A stretch of DNA of 64,000 bases, taken from assembly GCA_964016885.1 (NCBI GenBank), contig OZ024741.1, positions 241,552,001 through 241,616,000 on the forward strand, given 5' to 3'. Under the pieces are notes generated by a model. That model saw only the letters and a program-made list of their open reading frames with translations, was not told the origin of the DNA and did not search any database. The DNA is from Eledone cirrhosa. Its lineage: Eukaryota. The translations under genes were made by a program, and so were the position numbers. This document shows, in pieces, positions 51,525 through 64,000 of the stretch (positions within the stretch are counted from its first letter, which is position 1; every line of letters begins with the position of its first letter).

Positions 51525-52485
51525 TCATCATCATCATCATCATCATCATTTTACGTCTGCTCTTCCCTGCTCGCAAGGGTGGGACGGGTCTTATTCAGCA
51601 CAGCATTTCTCCACTCGTCACGGTTCTTCGTCATCTCCACCGTGAGCTTCAACAATCTGAGGTCTGTTCTCACCACCTCCGCCTATGTTTTTCGTGGTCT
51701 ACCTCTACCACGTCTTCTTTCAACTGGCATTTCCTGGCACTTCTTCACCCATCGGTCATCCTCCATGCGCATCACATGTCCATATCACCTCAGTCTCCTC
51801 TCCCGTACACTACATTCTATCCCTCTCAGACACAGTTTCTCTCTCAACACATTCATGCTGGGTCGTTCACGCACATTTACACTGCACATCCAACGGAGCA
51901 TGCTTGCCTCATTTCTCTCCAGCCGTTGCATATCCTCTGCAGTTGCTGCCCATGTCTCACTACCATGCAGCATCACGCTCCTCACACAGGCATCATACAA
52001 CCGGCCTTTCGTACGCAGGGAGAAACCCTTCTTCGTCAGCAGAGGAAGCAGCTCCCTAAATTTCTTCCAACCCGTCCTTATTCTAGATACTATGGCCTCG
52101 GAACACCCTCCTCCCATGCTAATCTGATCTCCTAGGTACCGGAAGCTCCTTCCTGTATGTCTCATTCCATCTCTTGCTTACTGAGATATCACTAACGACT
52201 AACCTATGCTGTGGGGTACATTCTTCCCTTGGTATTAGACACTATCTGCCTGTCCCGCTGCCTAACTAGTAAGAAGTCAATCTGGCTTATGTGCTCGCCA
52301 GATTTGTAGGTTATTAGGTGATTGGTAGGTTTGTGGAAGTTAGTGTTGCAAATAGTCAGTGTACTTGCATCACAAAATTCAAGAAGTCTCACTCCTTCTT
52401 CATTTCTTGAGCCGTAACTGTGCCCACCATTACCCCAGTGTAACCATCCTGGAGCTGTCCAACATGACCATTGACGTCCCCTGCT
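51525..52485 (-). mobile_element. Internally deleted RTE LINE (endonuclease piece plus C-terminal piece)
   Basis: ORFs 52204-52392 (NTNF..SQIDF) and 51785-52165. Confidence 0.9.
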
Positions 52486-52511
52486 AGCATAACGATGTAT
52501 ATATATAAATT

Positions 52512-52800
<289 letters not shown>

Positions 52801-53109
52801 TTTTATTACCATGTTTTTATAGAAGCCAACAAGAAATTATTGGAATGATATTATGGTTCATAAAATTGTCATCAGTGCTTTTCAGAACTATCCAACAGTT
52901 AATTCCTGGTTATTTACATAGATGAATTTATGGATACTCTGTATCTGTGGTGATTTTTAGTCTTTTATTTCCGCTATTAAGAAATCTTCCCAAGAAATCT
53001 TTCAAGGGTTCTGTGGAATTATAAAATACTATGATATTGTTCATCTAATGCTTTTCTATCCAGTTTTATTTTGGGTTCCATGTTAAAAACATGGTAATAG
53101 TGATAGTGT

Positions 53110-54760
53110 TATGTGGTGGTGGTGCTGGTGGTGGTGGTAGGTGTTGGGGGTGGTGGTGGTGTTGGTGGTGGTGGTGGTGCTGGTGGTGGTCGTGTTGGGG
53201 GTGATGTTGGTGTTGGAGGTGGTGGTGGTGGTGGTGGTGTTGATGGTGGTGTTGGTGGTGGTGGTGTTGGTGGTGTGTTGATGGTGGTGTTGATGGTGGT
53301 GTTGGTGTTGGTGGTGGTGTTGGTGGTGGTGGTGTTGGTGGTGGTGGTGTTGATGGTGGTGAGGTGTTGGTGGTGTGTTGATGGTGGTGTTGATGGTGGT
53401 GTTGTTGTTGGTGGTGGTGGTGCTGGTGGTGGTGGTGTTGGGGGTGATGTTGGTGGTGGTGGTGGTGTTGGTGGTGGTGGTGGTGTTGGTGGTGGTGTTG
53501 GTGGTGGTCGTGGTGTTGGTGGTGGTGGTGTTGGGGGTGATGTTGGTGATGGTGTTGGTGGTGGTTATGGTGGTGGTGGTGTTGGTGGTGTGTTGGTGGT
53601 GGTGTTGGTGGTGGTGGTGGTGTTGGTGGTGGTGTTGGTGGTGGTGTTGATGGTGGTGTTGATGGTGGTGTTGGTGTTGGTGGTGGTGCTGGTGGTGGTG
53701 GGGGTGATGTTGGTGATGGTGTTGATGGTGGTGTTGGTGTTGGTGGTGGTGCTGGTGGTGTTGATGGTGGTGTTGGTGGTGGTGGGGTGTTGGTGGTGTG
53801 TTGATGGTGGTGTTGATGGTGGTGTTGGTGGTGGTGCTGGTGCTGGTGGTGGTAGTGTTGGGGGTGATGTTGGTGGTGGTGTTGGTGGTGGTGGTGGTGG
53901 TGGTGGTGTTGATGGTGGTGTTGATGATGGTGTTGGTGTTGGTGGTGTGGGTAGTGGTAGTGGTGTTGGTGTTGGCGGTGGTGTTGATGGTGGTGTTGGT
54001 GTTGATGGTGGTGTTGGTGTTGATGGTGGTGGTGGTGTTCATGGTGTGGGTGGTGGTAGTGGTGTGGGTGTTGGTGTTGGTGGTGGTGTTGATGGTGGTG
54101 TTGGTGTTGATGGTGGTGTTGGTGTTGGTGGTGGTGTTGGTGGTGGTGGTGTTGGTGGTGGTGGTGGTGTTGGTGGTGGTGGTGGTGGTGCTGTTGATGG
54201 TGGTGGTGGTCTTGGTGGCGGTGTTGGTGGTGTGGGTAGTGGTAGTGGTGTTGGTGTTGGTGGTGGTGTTGATGGTGGTGTTGATGGTGGTGTTGGTGTT
54301 GTTAGTGGTGTTGGTGTGGCTGGTGGTGGTGGTGTAGGTGGTGGTGGTGGTGGTGTGGGCGGTGGTGGTGGTGTTGGCGATGATGATGATAGTGGTTGGT
54401 GAGGGGGTGTGTGGTGGTTGTAGTGATTGAATAGGTAGTGGTGGTTGTGTTGGTGTTGGTGATGATGAGGATGCTTGTGATGGGGTGGTTGTGTTGGTAG
54501 TGGTTGATTAGGGGCTTGTTGTGTTGGTGGTGGTAGTGTAGGTTCTGGTGTTGGTGATGGTAGTGGTGGTGGTGGTGGTGGTGGTGGTGGTAGGGGTTGC
54601 TGGGTTGAGGATTGTGTTGATGATGATGGTGGTTTTCATAGTGATGATGCTTGTTGTATAAGGTAGTGGTGGTGAAGCTGGTGGATATGGTGGTGGTGGT
54701 AAAGCTGGTGGATATGGTGGTGGTAGTGAAGCTGGTGGATATGGTGGTGGTAGTTATGAT
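53110..54760. repeat. (GGT/GTT/GAT)n low-complexity array
   Basis: Direct inspection; triplet phase shifts repeatedly. Confidence 0.92.
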
Positions 54761-55199
54761 GATGGCAATATCCCCCCTTCCACCACCACCACAATCCCTG
54801 ACATTATCCATGCAGCTACCTTCTAGTTGCAAGTACACAACAATGATTGTTTTATTTTTAATACATGTTGAAGATTTATTTTACCTCCTCAGCCTTGGTC
54901 TCTCTCTCACATGTCTCTGCCATATCCACCATAAAACATTCTGTTTCCCTATGCAGTTTTCCTAATCACTGCTTGGCTATTTCTTGCAGGTGGGATGTTG
55001 TAAATCTCGCTACAAAGCCACAAAATCCCATTTTAACTGGAAACACACAGACACAGACACACATGCACACATACATACACACACATGAACACACACACAC
55101 ATATATATATATATAGAAATATATTATATACATATTTACACATTATATATATATATATACATATGTATATGTATATATATATATATATTTATTAAAATA

Positions 55200-55275
55200 A
55201 CAGATTAAAGTTTAAGCAAAGAATCGCTGCTTTCACCCTTAACGGGATCTTCTGAAACTAACAAAGTCAATCTGT
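55200..55275 (-). ncRNA. Type-I hammerhead-like ribozyme, variant core CAGAAGA (family F, best copy)
   Basis: ACAGATTGA ctttgtt AGTTT-CAGAAGA-TCCC GTTAA GGGT-GAAA-GCAG cgattct TTGC-TT-AAACT TTAATCTGT. Confidence 0.65.
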
Positions 55276-55304
55276 ATGTATGTATACATATATATATATG
55301 TATG

Positions 55305-55335
<31 letters not shown>

Positions 55336-55943
55336 ATATATGTATATATATATATGTGTGTGTATGTATGTATATATATATATATGTATGTATGTATATA
55401 TATATATATATGTATGTATATATATATATATGTATAAACAAGCAAATTATAAACGTAAACATGTATGTTTTTGAAATGGTGCGCGAGTTTGAAATTAGAA
55501 ATTATAAGCTTTCACCGTATTTTAGACTAAAGAAATTTCTAGTCTTTAGTCTTTAGGCTAAAATACGGTGAACAAGACACGGTCACGTGCCCCAACTTAC
55601 CTTAAACAGGACAACCCGTCTAATCCATGGGTGCAAGGGATATGACTAAAAAAATTATTATGTTTTCGCTGGGGTTGTCCTAATGTTTTTAGTCTGTTCC
55701 CTTGCACGCATGATTACCTCGGAAACATAAACTTTTACTCAAATTTGCTGTCTGATAAAATCACGATATTGGTCAAATAATCAAGTGACCCAGATCATCT
55801 TTGGAATATGTATCATTGCCTTATTAATAAAGGACTCTTTAACATCTACAAATTCGTATTTTCCTCTTTCTAATTATACTCCGTTGTCCTTATTTTGAAG
55901 AAGTAACATGACGTCAAGTGATTGAATTGAATTGCATGCATGT

Positions 55944-56003
<60 letters not shown>

Positions 56004-56442
56004 ATGAAATATACTTATATACTTATAACACTTTTAATGCTTGCACTATCTTTAATGCTTATAATATTTCTCCACACACAGACTATATCAATCATATAAA
56101 GAATTTGCCTCCAGATCTACCAACCTAACACTCTTATTTACCTACCTAAGTGCCTCTACCACACATATCTCTCTGCCACACTATATAAACAAGACGCACA
56201 TGCGTGCCACACATATAACATTTGCACTATATAACCGCTTATCTTCATGTTGTATTTTAACCTATATTTTTTATTTTTTATTGTACCTATTAATATAAAT
56301 GTAATCTCGAAGTGTGTACTGCCACTCTAAATTCTGTAATGAATGTTGACCCACAATGTTTGAATATGTATCAATGTTTGAATATGTATCGGTATGTCTC
56401 TCGGCTGAAAAGGAGGTCATATAACTGTCCATGCATTAATAA

Positions 56443-56494
56443 ATTGCTCCGAAGAATCCAAACCTCGGTTTGGAGGAAACAGCTGTAAGCACAA
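56443..56494 (+). ncRNA. Type-I hammerhead-like ribozyme, core CCGAAGA (family I)
   Basis: TGCT-CCGAAGA-ATCCAAACC TC GGTTTGGAG-GAAA-CAGCTG-TA-AGCA. Confidence 0.65.
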
Positions 56495-56692
56495 TAATGT
56501 TTTGAACAGTTCTTTGATTCTTATATTTCATATAACTGCTCTGTAAATCATCTGATGTTTTTACATTGAGCTACTTAACTTACTGGTAATAAGGTAGTAA
56601 TACAATACTGCCTACCACTATTTAGGGTGTGTGTAAAATACTTACAACTGCTTAAGGTTTTGTATTTACATAACCATAAATAGTATAACTAA

Positions 56693-56736
<44 letters not shown>

Positions 56737-56759
56737 GTATATATATATATATATATATT

Positions 56760-57435
56760 GTTATACTTTGGGAGGGTCATGTTGCCAATAAGAAACACAC
56801 ACACCAGTTGCTTTCACTTCAATTTATTATAATAAATTTATAAATTTAGGAATTTATAAATTTCCGGTTGGTTGGTTGGTTCCACAACCAGATGGTTGTT
56901 TATATATTGTCAAAGTTCTTTCGTCACACATTCTGTGACCTCTTCAGTGACTGGGGATTCTTTTCTTTGTTTTTGTGCCTCTCCTTTGTTCTGTCCTACG
57001 CCATCTTGTTTTTGTGTGTGTGTTGTGTGCTTAGTTTGCGCATGTGTTACATCCGGGTGTCTGTGTGTGTTTATATTCGTTTATTTATTTGTTTATTTAC
57101 ATGTTACTGGTTGGTTGTTTGTCCTATGTGCGTGTGTGTTTTCATTTTGACCTTAATTGTAAGTTGTGATGTTGCTGTTCCACTCATGTTTTCTATTTAA
57201 TTTTGGTTGGAGTTCATTTATGTTTATTGCCTCTGTGATTTGTCTAAACATTGCGTCTTTTCTGTGTGTAGATTCTATTTTTATTTCTATGTTCTCTAAT
57301 TTACCCTTATGTTCTATTTTAGCATGTTGGTAGAGTACAGATGATTCTTTACTATCTTGAAGATTTCACCAGTGTTCATTTATAAGTGTTCATTTATTCT
57401 GTACCAATTGTGTCATTATTTCTGTTTATGTTTTA
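56760..57435 (-). mobile_element. 5'-truncated Penelope-like element: GIY-YIG endonuclease C-terminus (57168-57383) plus pLTR with minimal hammerhead (56909-56951)
   Basis: INEHW*NLQDSKESSVLYQHAKIEH..FRQITEAININELQPKLNRKHEW; GTCA-CTGAAGA-GGTCAC..GTGAC-GAAA-GAAC-TT-TGAC. Confidence 0.8.
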
Positions 57436-57456
57436 CATATATATATATATATATAT

Positions 57457-57845
57457 ATAGAATAGAAAACGAAAAATCAGTGATGCATCTGAACTCAATT
57501 TATTGTGTGTTACAATTGTTTCCCCGGTGGACAGCCCGAGACGCGATCATTGTGTGGATCTGTCTGATTCTGGACCCACAGGTCGACTGACACGTCTAAT
57601 GATTTGAGAGAATATGCTCCGAAATCATTAGACGTGTCCGGCGAACATGCGGGTCCAGAATCAGACAGATCCGCACAATGATCGCGTCTCGGGCTGTCCG
57701 CCGGGGAAACAATTGTAACACACAATACACGGTGTTCAGATCCATCACTGATTTTTCGTTTTCTATTCTATCATACTCTGCTCTGTAAGAGCATAGAGTG
57801 CCCAACCGGCATACCGCCTATGGAAGCATCTTAGCTACCGTCAGA
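57457..57845. mobile_element. PLE-like fold-back (family J; arms 57457-57605 and 57622-57771) with degenerate hammerheads and tail hairpin
   Basis: GTGT-CCGGCGA (other arm CAGTCGA)..GAAA-CAATTG-TA-ACAC; hairpin 57775-57799. Confidence 0.65.
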
Positions 57846-57864
57846 CACACACACACATATATGT

Positions 57865-58878
57865 ATAAAACAGATGAGATGCAGTTTGACTTCATGTCAG
57901 AAAAAAACACCACAGTTCTATTCTTAGTGAGACAGCTACAAGAGTAGTTTCTAGCGAAGTGTAAGCCACTCTATCTAGTTTTTGCAGATCGGGAAAAAGT
58001 CTTTGACAGATTACCACAATCTGTTACCTTGTGGTCCTTAAGGAAACTAAATGTAGATGAGAGACTTGTGAGTGCAATGCAAGCCATGCACAGAGATGCT
58101 ATCAGTTAAGTGAGAGTATGTAATGAGTTTAGTGAAGAATTCATTCAAAGTGCAGCTAGGTGTTTATCAGGGCTCAGTCCTCAGCCCCCTCTTGTTTATT
58201 TTTCCAGGTGATAACAGAGAATTTTAAGACCTGATGTTTATGGGAGCTTCTGTATGCTTATGATATATTTCTTTCAAGTAAGAATTGATACCAAGCACCA
58301 AATTTAGGTCGATGACACAAGCAAACATCCAATGTTTACTATTCACTGTTTAAGGGTTAGTCTGCCTTGTGATCCCAGTAGACAAAATAGATGTGCTGTG
58401 TATTAGTGAGAGATGGGCAGTTAATGCACAGGATACACAAAGGCTTGAAAGAAATGAGGTGAGCATGCTCACCTCATTTCTTTCAAGATTTCTGGATATG
58501 TAACATTAATGTGAGTAAACATCGGAGCATGGATGAGCTGAGAGAGAACCTGGGTTTAAGAGGAATGAAATGCTGTTTGCAAGAGAGGAAGCTACACTGG
58601 CATGGATATGTGATACATATGAATTATGATCATTAGTTAGGTAAAGAATGGTCAAGAGAAACCAGTGGAAGGAAGCTGTTGTAGAGGAATACTGAGGAAG
58701 ACTTGGTCGTAAGTGATGCAAAACTGATCTCAATACGTTGAACCTCACAGAGATGATGAAGGAACACAGTGAATGGAGGTAGGCTGTGTTTGAAAAGACC
58801 TGTCCAACCCATGCAAGCATGGAAAAACAAGCATAAAATTATGATGGTAATGATGATGATGATGATGATGATGATGAT
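57865..58878 (+). mobile_element. Old, heavily decayed RTE LINE
   Basis: Remnants of DEMQF, QGSVLSPLLF, WELLYA; (GAT)n tail. Confidence 0.85.
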
Positions 58879-59759
58879 TCAGCCAAGTGTGATATATTTA
58901 AGTACATATGTCAGACAAATACCTATCTACAAGCTACATCCAGCTAACATGTGGGTATGTTAGGTGGAGGATGGATGTTGGAATGAAAGGAATAGATGAG
59001 GATGATGATGACAAATAACAATGACAATAATGATGATTTTGGTGGGATGGGGATGATGGTGTGGCTGCTACAGAAGTGAAGCTTACCATTAGCCATTTAA
59101 CACGCTATATAACTACTGCAAGTCACTTTAAGTAGCCTAACACCAGCTGCACCACACACACAGAGAGAGAAACAAACAAATAAATACACACAGACACATA
59201 AACAGTCGCACACACATAGACACACAAACACAGAAAACAAAAATAAAAAAAGCAAGAACACAACAAAAAAAAATTCCAATCAACAACAGATACCCCCACT
59301 CACTTATAAACACATGCGTACACAAAAACACAAATACCTCTCTCACACACACACACATACACACACACATACACACACACACACACATACACACACACAT
59401 ACACACATACACACACACACACATACATACACACACATGTAGAAGGTGATGGCAGAGAGGAAATGATTCCAAAATTAATAAACTGTCTCTAAAATATTTT
59501 TATTTCATCAAATGATTTTTCCCTTCAAAATTAATTGCCAACGTAATTTAAATATGAATATTTAATAGTTTTAATTAATTTTTTTCCCCTTCTTCCCCAT
59601 CTGCACTTGCCCCTCCCACCACCGTCCTCTATTCCCCTCACACTATTTCACCTCATTAGAAAATTAACGAGGAACTTGAAGAAACCTTCTAATTTCAGAG
59701 TTGGAGCTGGTCTCTACTGATAATTGTGTTTTTTACAGTTTTGGTTGGTTGCTGCTGAC

Positions 59760-60235
59760 AGTGGTGGTGGTGGTGGTGGTGGTGGCGGTGGTAGTGGTTT
59801 TTGTGCTGGTGGTGGTAGTGGTTTTGGTGGTGGTGGTGGTGGTAGTGGTTTTGGTGGTGGTGGTGATGATAGTGGTTTTGGTGGTGGTGGTAGTGGTTTT
59901 TGTGCTGGTGGTGGTAGTGGTTTTGGTGGTGGTGGTGGTAGTGGTGGTGGTGGTAGTGGTTTTGGTGGTGGTAGTGGTAGTGGTTTTGGTGGTGGTGGTG
60001 GTAGTGGTTTTGGTGGTGGTTTTAGTGGTGGTGATGGTGGTGGTGGTGGTGGCTTTGGTAATAGTTTTGGTGGTAGAGGTAGTTTTAGAGGTGGTGGTGG
60101 TTTTGGTAGTGGTTTTAGTGGTAATGGTGGTTTTGGAGGTTGTGGTAGTGATAGTAGCAGTAGTGGTGCGTGAATGTGCAAGCATGTAGTAGTATGTGTG
60201 TATATATAGTGGTGGTGGTGGTGGTGGTGGTGGCA
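59760..60235. repeat. (GGT)n-derived array with GTAGTGGTTTTG unit
   Basis: Direct inspection. Confidence 0.9.
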
Positions 60236-60334
60236 GTGGCTTGCTGAAACATTAGGAAATCATATAACATGTCAACAATAGTGGGTGGTACCCCCCTTCT
60301 ACTATGTAAGGGGTCTAATGTGGGATAGTTCATT

Positions 60335-63315
60335 TTAATGAAAGTGGTGATGGTGGTGGTGGTGGTGTATGTTTGTGATGGGGGTTAAAGGAGGAATGGC
60401 GAAGCTGTCTTTAAAGCATGTCTTTTGTTCATGTTTTAAAGGGTATGTATGTTTGGGAATATTTGTGTTGGTAGTGGTAGTGGTGGTGGTAGCAGTTGTA
60501 GTACTGGTGGTAGTGGTAGTAGTGGTCATACTAGTGATGAAAGTATTGGTAGTGGAGGGGACAGTGGTAGTAGTGAGAGTAGAGGTGGTAGAGGTGGTAC
60601 CAGTGGTGGTTGTGTTGGTAGTATTGTTGGTGATAGTTACAGTAGAGGTTGTAGTGGTGTTGTCAGTGTTGGTGGTAGTTACAGTAGAGGTTGTAGTGGT
60701 GTTGTCAGTGGTGGTGGTAGTTACAATAGAGGTTGTAGTGGTGTTGTCAGTGGTGGTGGTAGTTACAGTAGAGGTTGTAGTGGTGTTGTCAGTGGTGGTG
60801 GTAGTTACAATAGAGGTTGTAGTGGTGTTGTCAGTGGTGGTGGTAGTTACAATAGTGGTTGTAGTGGTGTTGTCAGTGTTGGTGGTAGTTACAGTAGAGG
60901 TTGTAGTGGTGTTGTCAGTGGTGGTGGTAGTTACAGTAGAGGTTGTAGTGGTGTTGTCAGTGGTGGTGGTAGTTACAATAGTGGTTGTAGTGGTGTTGTC
61001 AGTGTTGGTGGTAGTTACAATAGAGGTTGTAGTGGTGTTGTCAGTGGTGGTGGTAGTTACAGTAGAGGTTGTAGTGTTGTTGTCAGTGCTGGTGGTAGTT
61101 ACAGTAGAGGTTGTAGTGGTGTTGTCAGTGGTGGTGGTAGTTACAATAGAGGTTGTAGTGGTGTTGTCAGTGTTGGTGGTAGTTACAGTAGAGGTTGTAG
61201 TGGTGTTGTCAGTGTTGGTGGTAGTTACAGTAGAGGTTGTAGTGGTGTTGTCAGTGTTGGTGGTAGTTACAGTAGAGGCTGTAGTGGTGTTGTCAGTGTT
61301 GGTGGTAGTTACAATAGAGGTTGTAGTGGTGTTGTCAGTGGTGGTGGTAGCTACAGTAGAGGTTGTAGTGGTGTTGTCAGTGGTGGTGGTAGTTACTGTA
61401 GAGGTTGTAGTGGTGTTGTCAGTGTTGGTGATAGTTACAGTAGAGGTTGTAGTGGTGTTGTCAGTGTTGGTGGTAGTTACAGTAGAGGTTGTAGTGGTGT
61501 TGTCAGTGTTGGTGGTAGTTACAGTAGAGGTTGTAGTGGTGTTGTCAGTGTTGGTGGTAGTTACAATAGAGGTTGTAGTGGTGTTGTCAGTGTTGGTGGT
61601 AGTTACAGTAGAGGTTGTAGTTTTGTTGTCAGTGGTGGTGGTAGTTACAGTAGAGGTTGTAGTGGTGTTGTCAGTGTTGGTGGTAGTTACAGTAGAGGTT
61701 GTAGTGGTGTTGTCAGTGGTGGTGGTAGTTACAGTAGAGGTTGTAGTGGTGTTGTCAGTGTTGGTGGTAGTTACAGTAGAGGTTGTAGTGGTGTTGTCAG
61801 TGGTGGTGGTAGTTACAGTAGAGGTTGTAGTGGTGTTGTCAGTGGTGGTGGTTGTTACAGTAGAGGTTGTAGTGGTGTTGTCAGTGTTGGTGGTAGTTAC
61901 AGTAGAGGTTGTAGTGGTGTTGTCAGTGGTGGTGGTAGTTACAGTAGAGGTTGTAGTGGTGTTGTCAGTGTTGGTGGTAGTTACAGTAGAGGTTGTAGTG
62001 GTGTTGTCAGTGTTGGTGGTAGTTACAGTAGAGGTTGTAGTGGTGTTGTCAGTGTTGGTGGTAGTTACAGTAGAGGTTGTAGTGGTGTTGTCAGTGTTGG
62101 TGGTAGTTACAATAGAGGTTGTAGTGGTGTTGTCAGTGTTGGTGGTAGTTACAATAGAGGTTGTAGTGGTGTTGTCAGTGGTGGTGGTAGTTACAGTAGA
62201 GGTTGTAGTGGTGTTGTCAGTGGTGGTGGTAGTTACAGTAGAGGTTGTAGTGGTGTTGTCAGTGGTGGTGGTAGTTACAGTAGAGGTTGTAGTGGTGTTG
62301 ACAGTTGTGGCAGTGCTGGTAATAGTTACAGTAGAGGTTGTAGTGGTGTTGTCAGTGGTGGTGATAGTTACAATAGAGGTTGTAGTGGTGTTGTCAGTGT
62401 TGGTGGTAGTTACAATAGAGGTTGTAGTGGTGTTGTCAGTGGTGGTGGTAGTTACTGTAGAGGTTGTAGTGGTGTTGTCAGTGGTGGTGGTAGCTACAGT
62501 AGAGGTTGTAGTGGTGTTGTCAGTGGTGGTGATAGTTACAATAGAGGTTGTAGTGGTGTTGTCAGTGGTGGTGGTAGTTACAATAGAGGTTGTAGTGGTG
62601 TTGTCAGTGGTGGTGGTAGTTACAATAGAGGTTGTAGTGGTGTTGTCAGTGTTGGTGGTAGTTACAGTAGAAGTTGTAGTGGTGTTTTCAGTGTTGGTGG
62701 TAGTTACAGTAGAGGCTGTAGTGGTGTTGTCAGTGTTGGTGGTAGTTACAGTAGAGGTTGTAGTTTTGTTGTCAGTGGTGGTGGTAGTTACAGTGGAGGT
62801 TGTAGTGGTGTTGTCAGTGTTGGTGGTAGTTACAGTAGAGGTTGTAGTGGTGTTGTCAGTGTTGGTGGTAGTTACAGTAGAGGTTGTAGTGGTGTTGTCA
62901 GTGTTGGTGGTAGTTACAGTAGAGGTTGTAGTGGTGTTGTCAGTGGTGGTGGTAGTTACAGTAGAGGTTGTAGTGGTGTTGACAGTTGTGGCAGTGCTGG
63001 TAATAGTTACAGTAGAGTTTGTAGTGGTGTTGTCAGTTGTGGCAGTGTTGGTAATAGTTACAGTAGAGGTTGTAGTAGTGTTGTCAGTTGTGGCAGTGTT
63101 GGTGGTAGTTACAGTAGAGGTTGTAGTAGTGTTGTCAGTTGTGGCAGTGTTGGTGGTAGTTACAGTAGAGGTTGTAGTAGTGTTGTCCGTGGTGACAGTA
63201 GTGGTGATAGTTACAGTAGAGGTTGTAGTGGTGTTGTCAATGGTGGCAGTTTTAGTAGTATATGTAGTAGTGACAATACTGGTTATAGTAGTATGGTAAC
63301 AGCAGGAGTGGTAGT
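60335..63315 (-). CDS. Possible mucin-like Thr-rich exon (14-aa repeat TTTTDNTTTTSTVT); may be non-coding
   Basis: Stop-free minus frame of about 990 codons with no upstream ATG; NTT sequon in each repeat; no splice or domain support. Confidence 0.25.
60630..63250. repeat. 42-bp minisatellite (about 60 units, some 51-bp variants)
   Basis: Unit GTTACAGTAGAGGTTGTAGTGGTGTTGTCAGTGKTGGTGGTA. Confidence 0.96.
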
Positions 63316-64000
63316 CTCAACAGTAGAAGCTGTATTGATAATGTTCTCTGTGGTGAGATGAAGTTGTTTAACCCTAGGTCTGTCCTCTAACACTCAGTAG
63401 ATCATTGGCAAGTAGATCAGTATTTAATCAACCAGACAAATAACAATCCAAAGATCTATAGATACAGATATTAAAAACATAGCTTCAATGTCTCCTGCTA
63501 TACTATCACTGTAAATATATTCCAGTTAAACTATGCACAGCCTATTCTGTAAAGAGGTAGTGTTGGTGCTACAACACAATGAACCCAGTCCACCCTGTAC
63601 GGTGATAGGAGATAGTGTTGGTGCCATGATAAAATGCATCTAGTCCACCCTGTAAGGGGGTAGGAGCAGTACCATGATAAAAAAAAACATGTCTGGTACA
63701 TGCTATGACCTTTTCTGCTGAACCTCATATATGGTTCTGCAGTGAAGCAGTGTACCATCTATGTAGATTTTGGTGTTGTGTGTGGGTTGTAGTTGTTTAC
63801 ACCCATGTCAGACCTGAATGAGCAGATCTATATTTAAAGGTATTCCAGCTATGACCATCACCTTTTGTTTTGTATATCTAAGACTACACAGGAAAGAGAT
63901 GATGGCTAAAACCCTGAAAAAAATATTTTTATTTATAGAAATGTGCAAAATACAAAATAGGTTGACACTTTTCAATAGTTGAGAAATTGTCATAAACACA

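Noticed and set aside
53083-54838. Gly/Val or Thr/His-rich ORFs
   Set aside because: Triplet low-complexity array with repeated phase shifts
57366-57368. In-frame TGA in the GIY-YIG remnant as selenocysteine
   Set aside because: Single truncated copy, not at an evident Cys position; simple decay is more likely
60369-63361. Plus-strand 976-aa poly-Val and 970-aa Gly/Ser ORFs
   Set aside because: By-products of the 42-bp repeat; no domain or splice support

Overview
AT-rich, repeat-saturated eukaryotic (animal) non-coding DNA. The repeat families (RTE LINEs with (GAT)n tails, tRNA-headed SINEs, dense (TA)n arrays) resemble a coleoid cephalopod such as octopus; this is an inference. No convincing host exon is visible. 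Contents: many decayed RTE LINE copies, single Dong/R4 and L1/Tx1 fragments, a DD37D Tc1/mariner remnant, several MITEs, a Helitron-type element, an 11.8-kb T/G minisatellite and a 42-bp minisatellite with a ~3-kb Thr-rich open frame. The main signal is a dense set of short Penelope-like (PLE) pseudo-LTR insertions embedded in (TA)n, often as fold-backs. They carry more than 12 type-I hammerhead ribozyme motifs from several unrelated families, including core variants (U3-A8, A4, C4). One is a very young 591-bp tandem plus inverted, retrozyme-like array (22594-24007). Across these families I find a shared, covarying bulged hairpin (ACUC-stem-UN-GAGU). It lies downstream of the ribozyme and usually 3-13 nt from the junction with the (TA)n target, so it is a candidate signal for internal initiation of reverse transcription. 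All structures were read by eye and need computational and biochemical confirmation.
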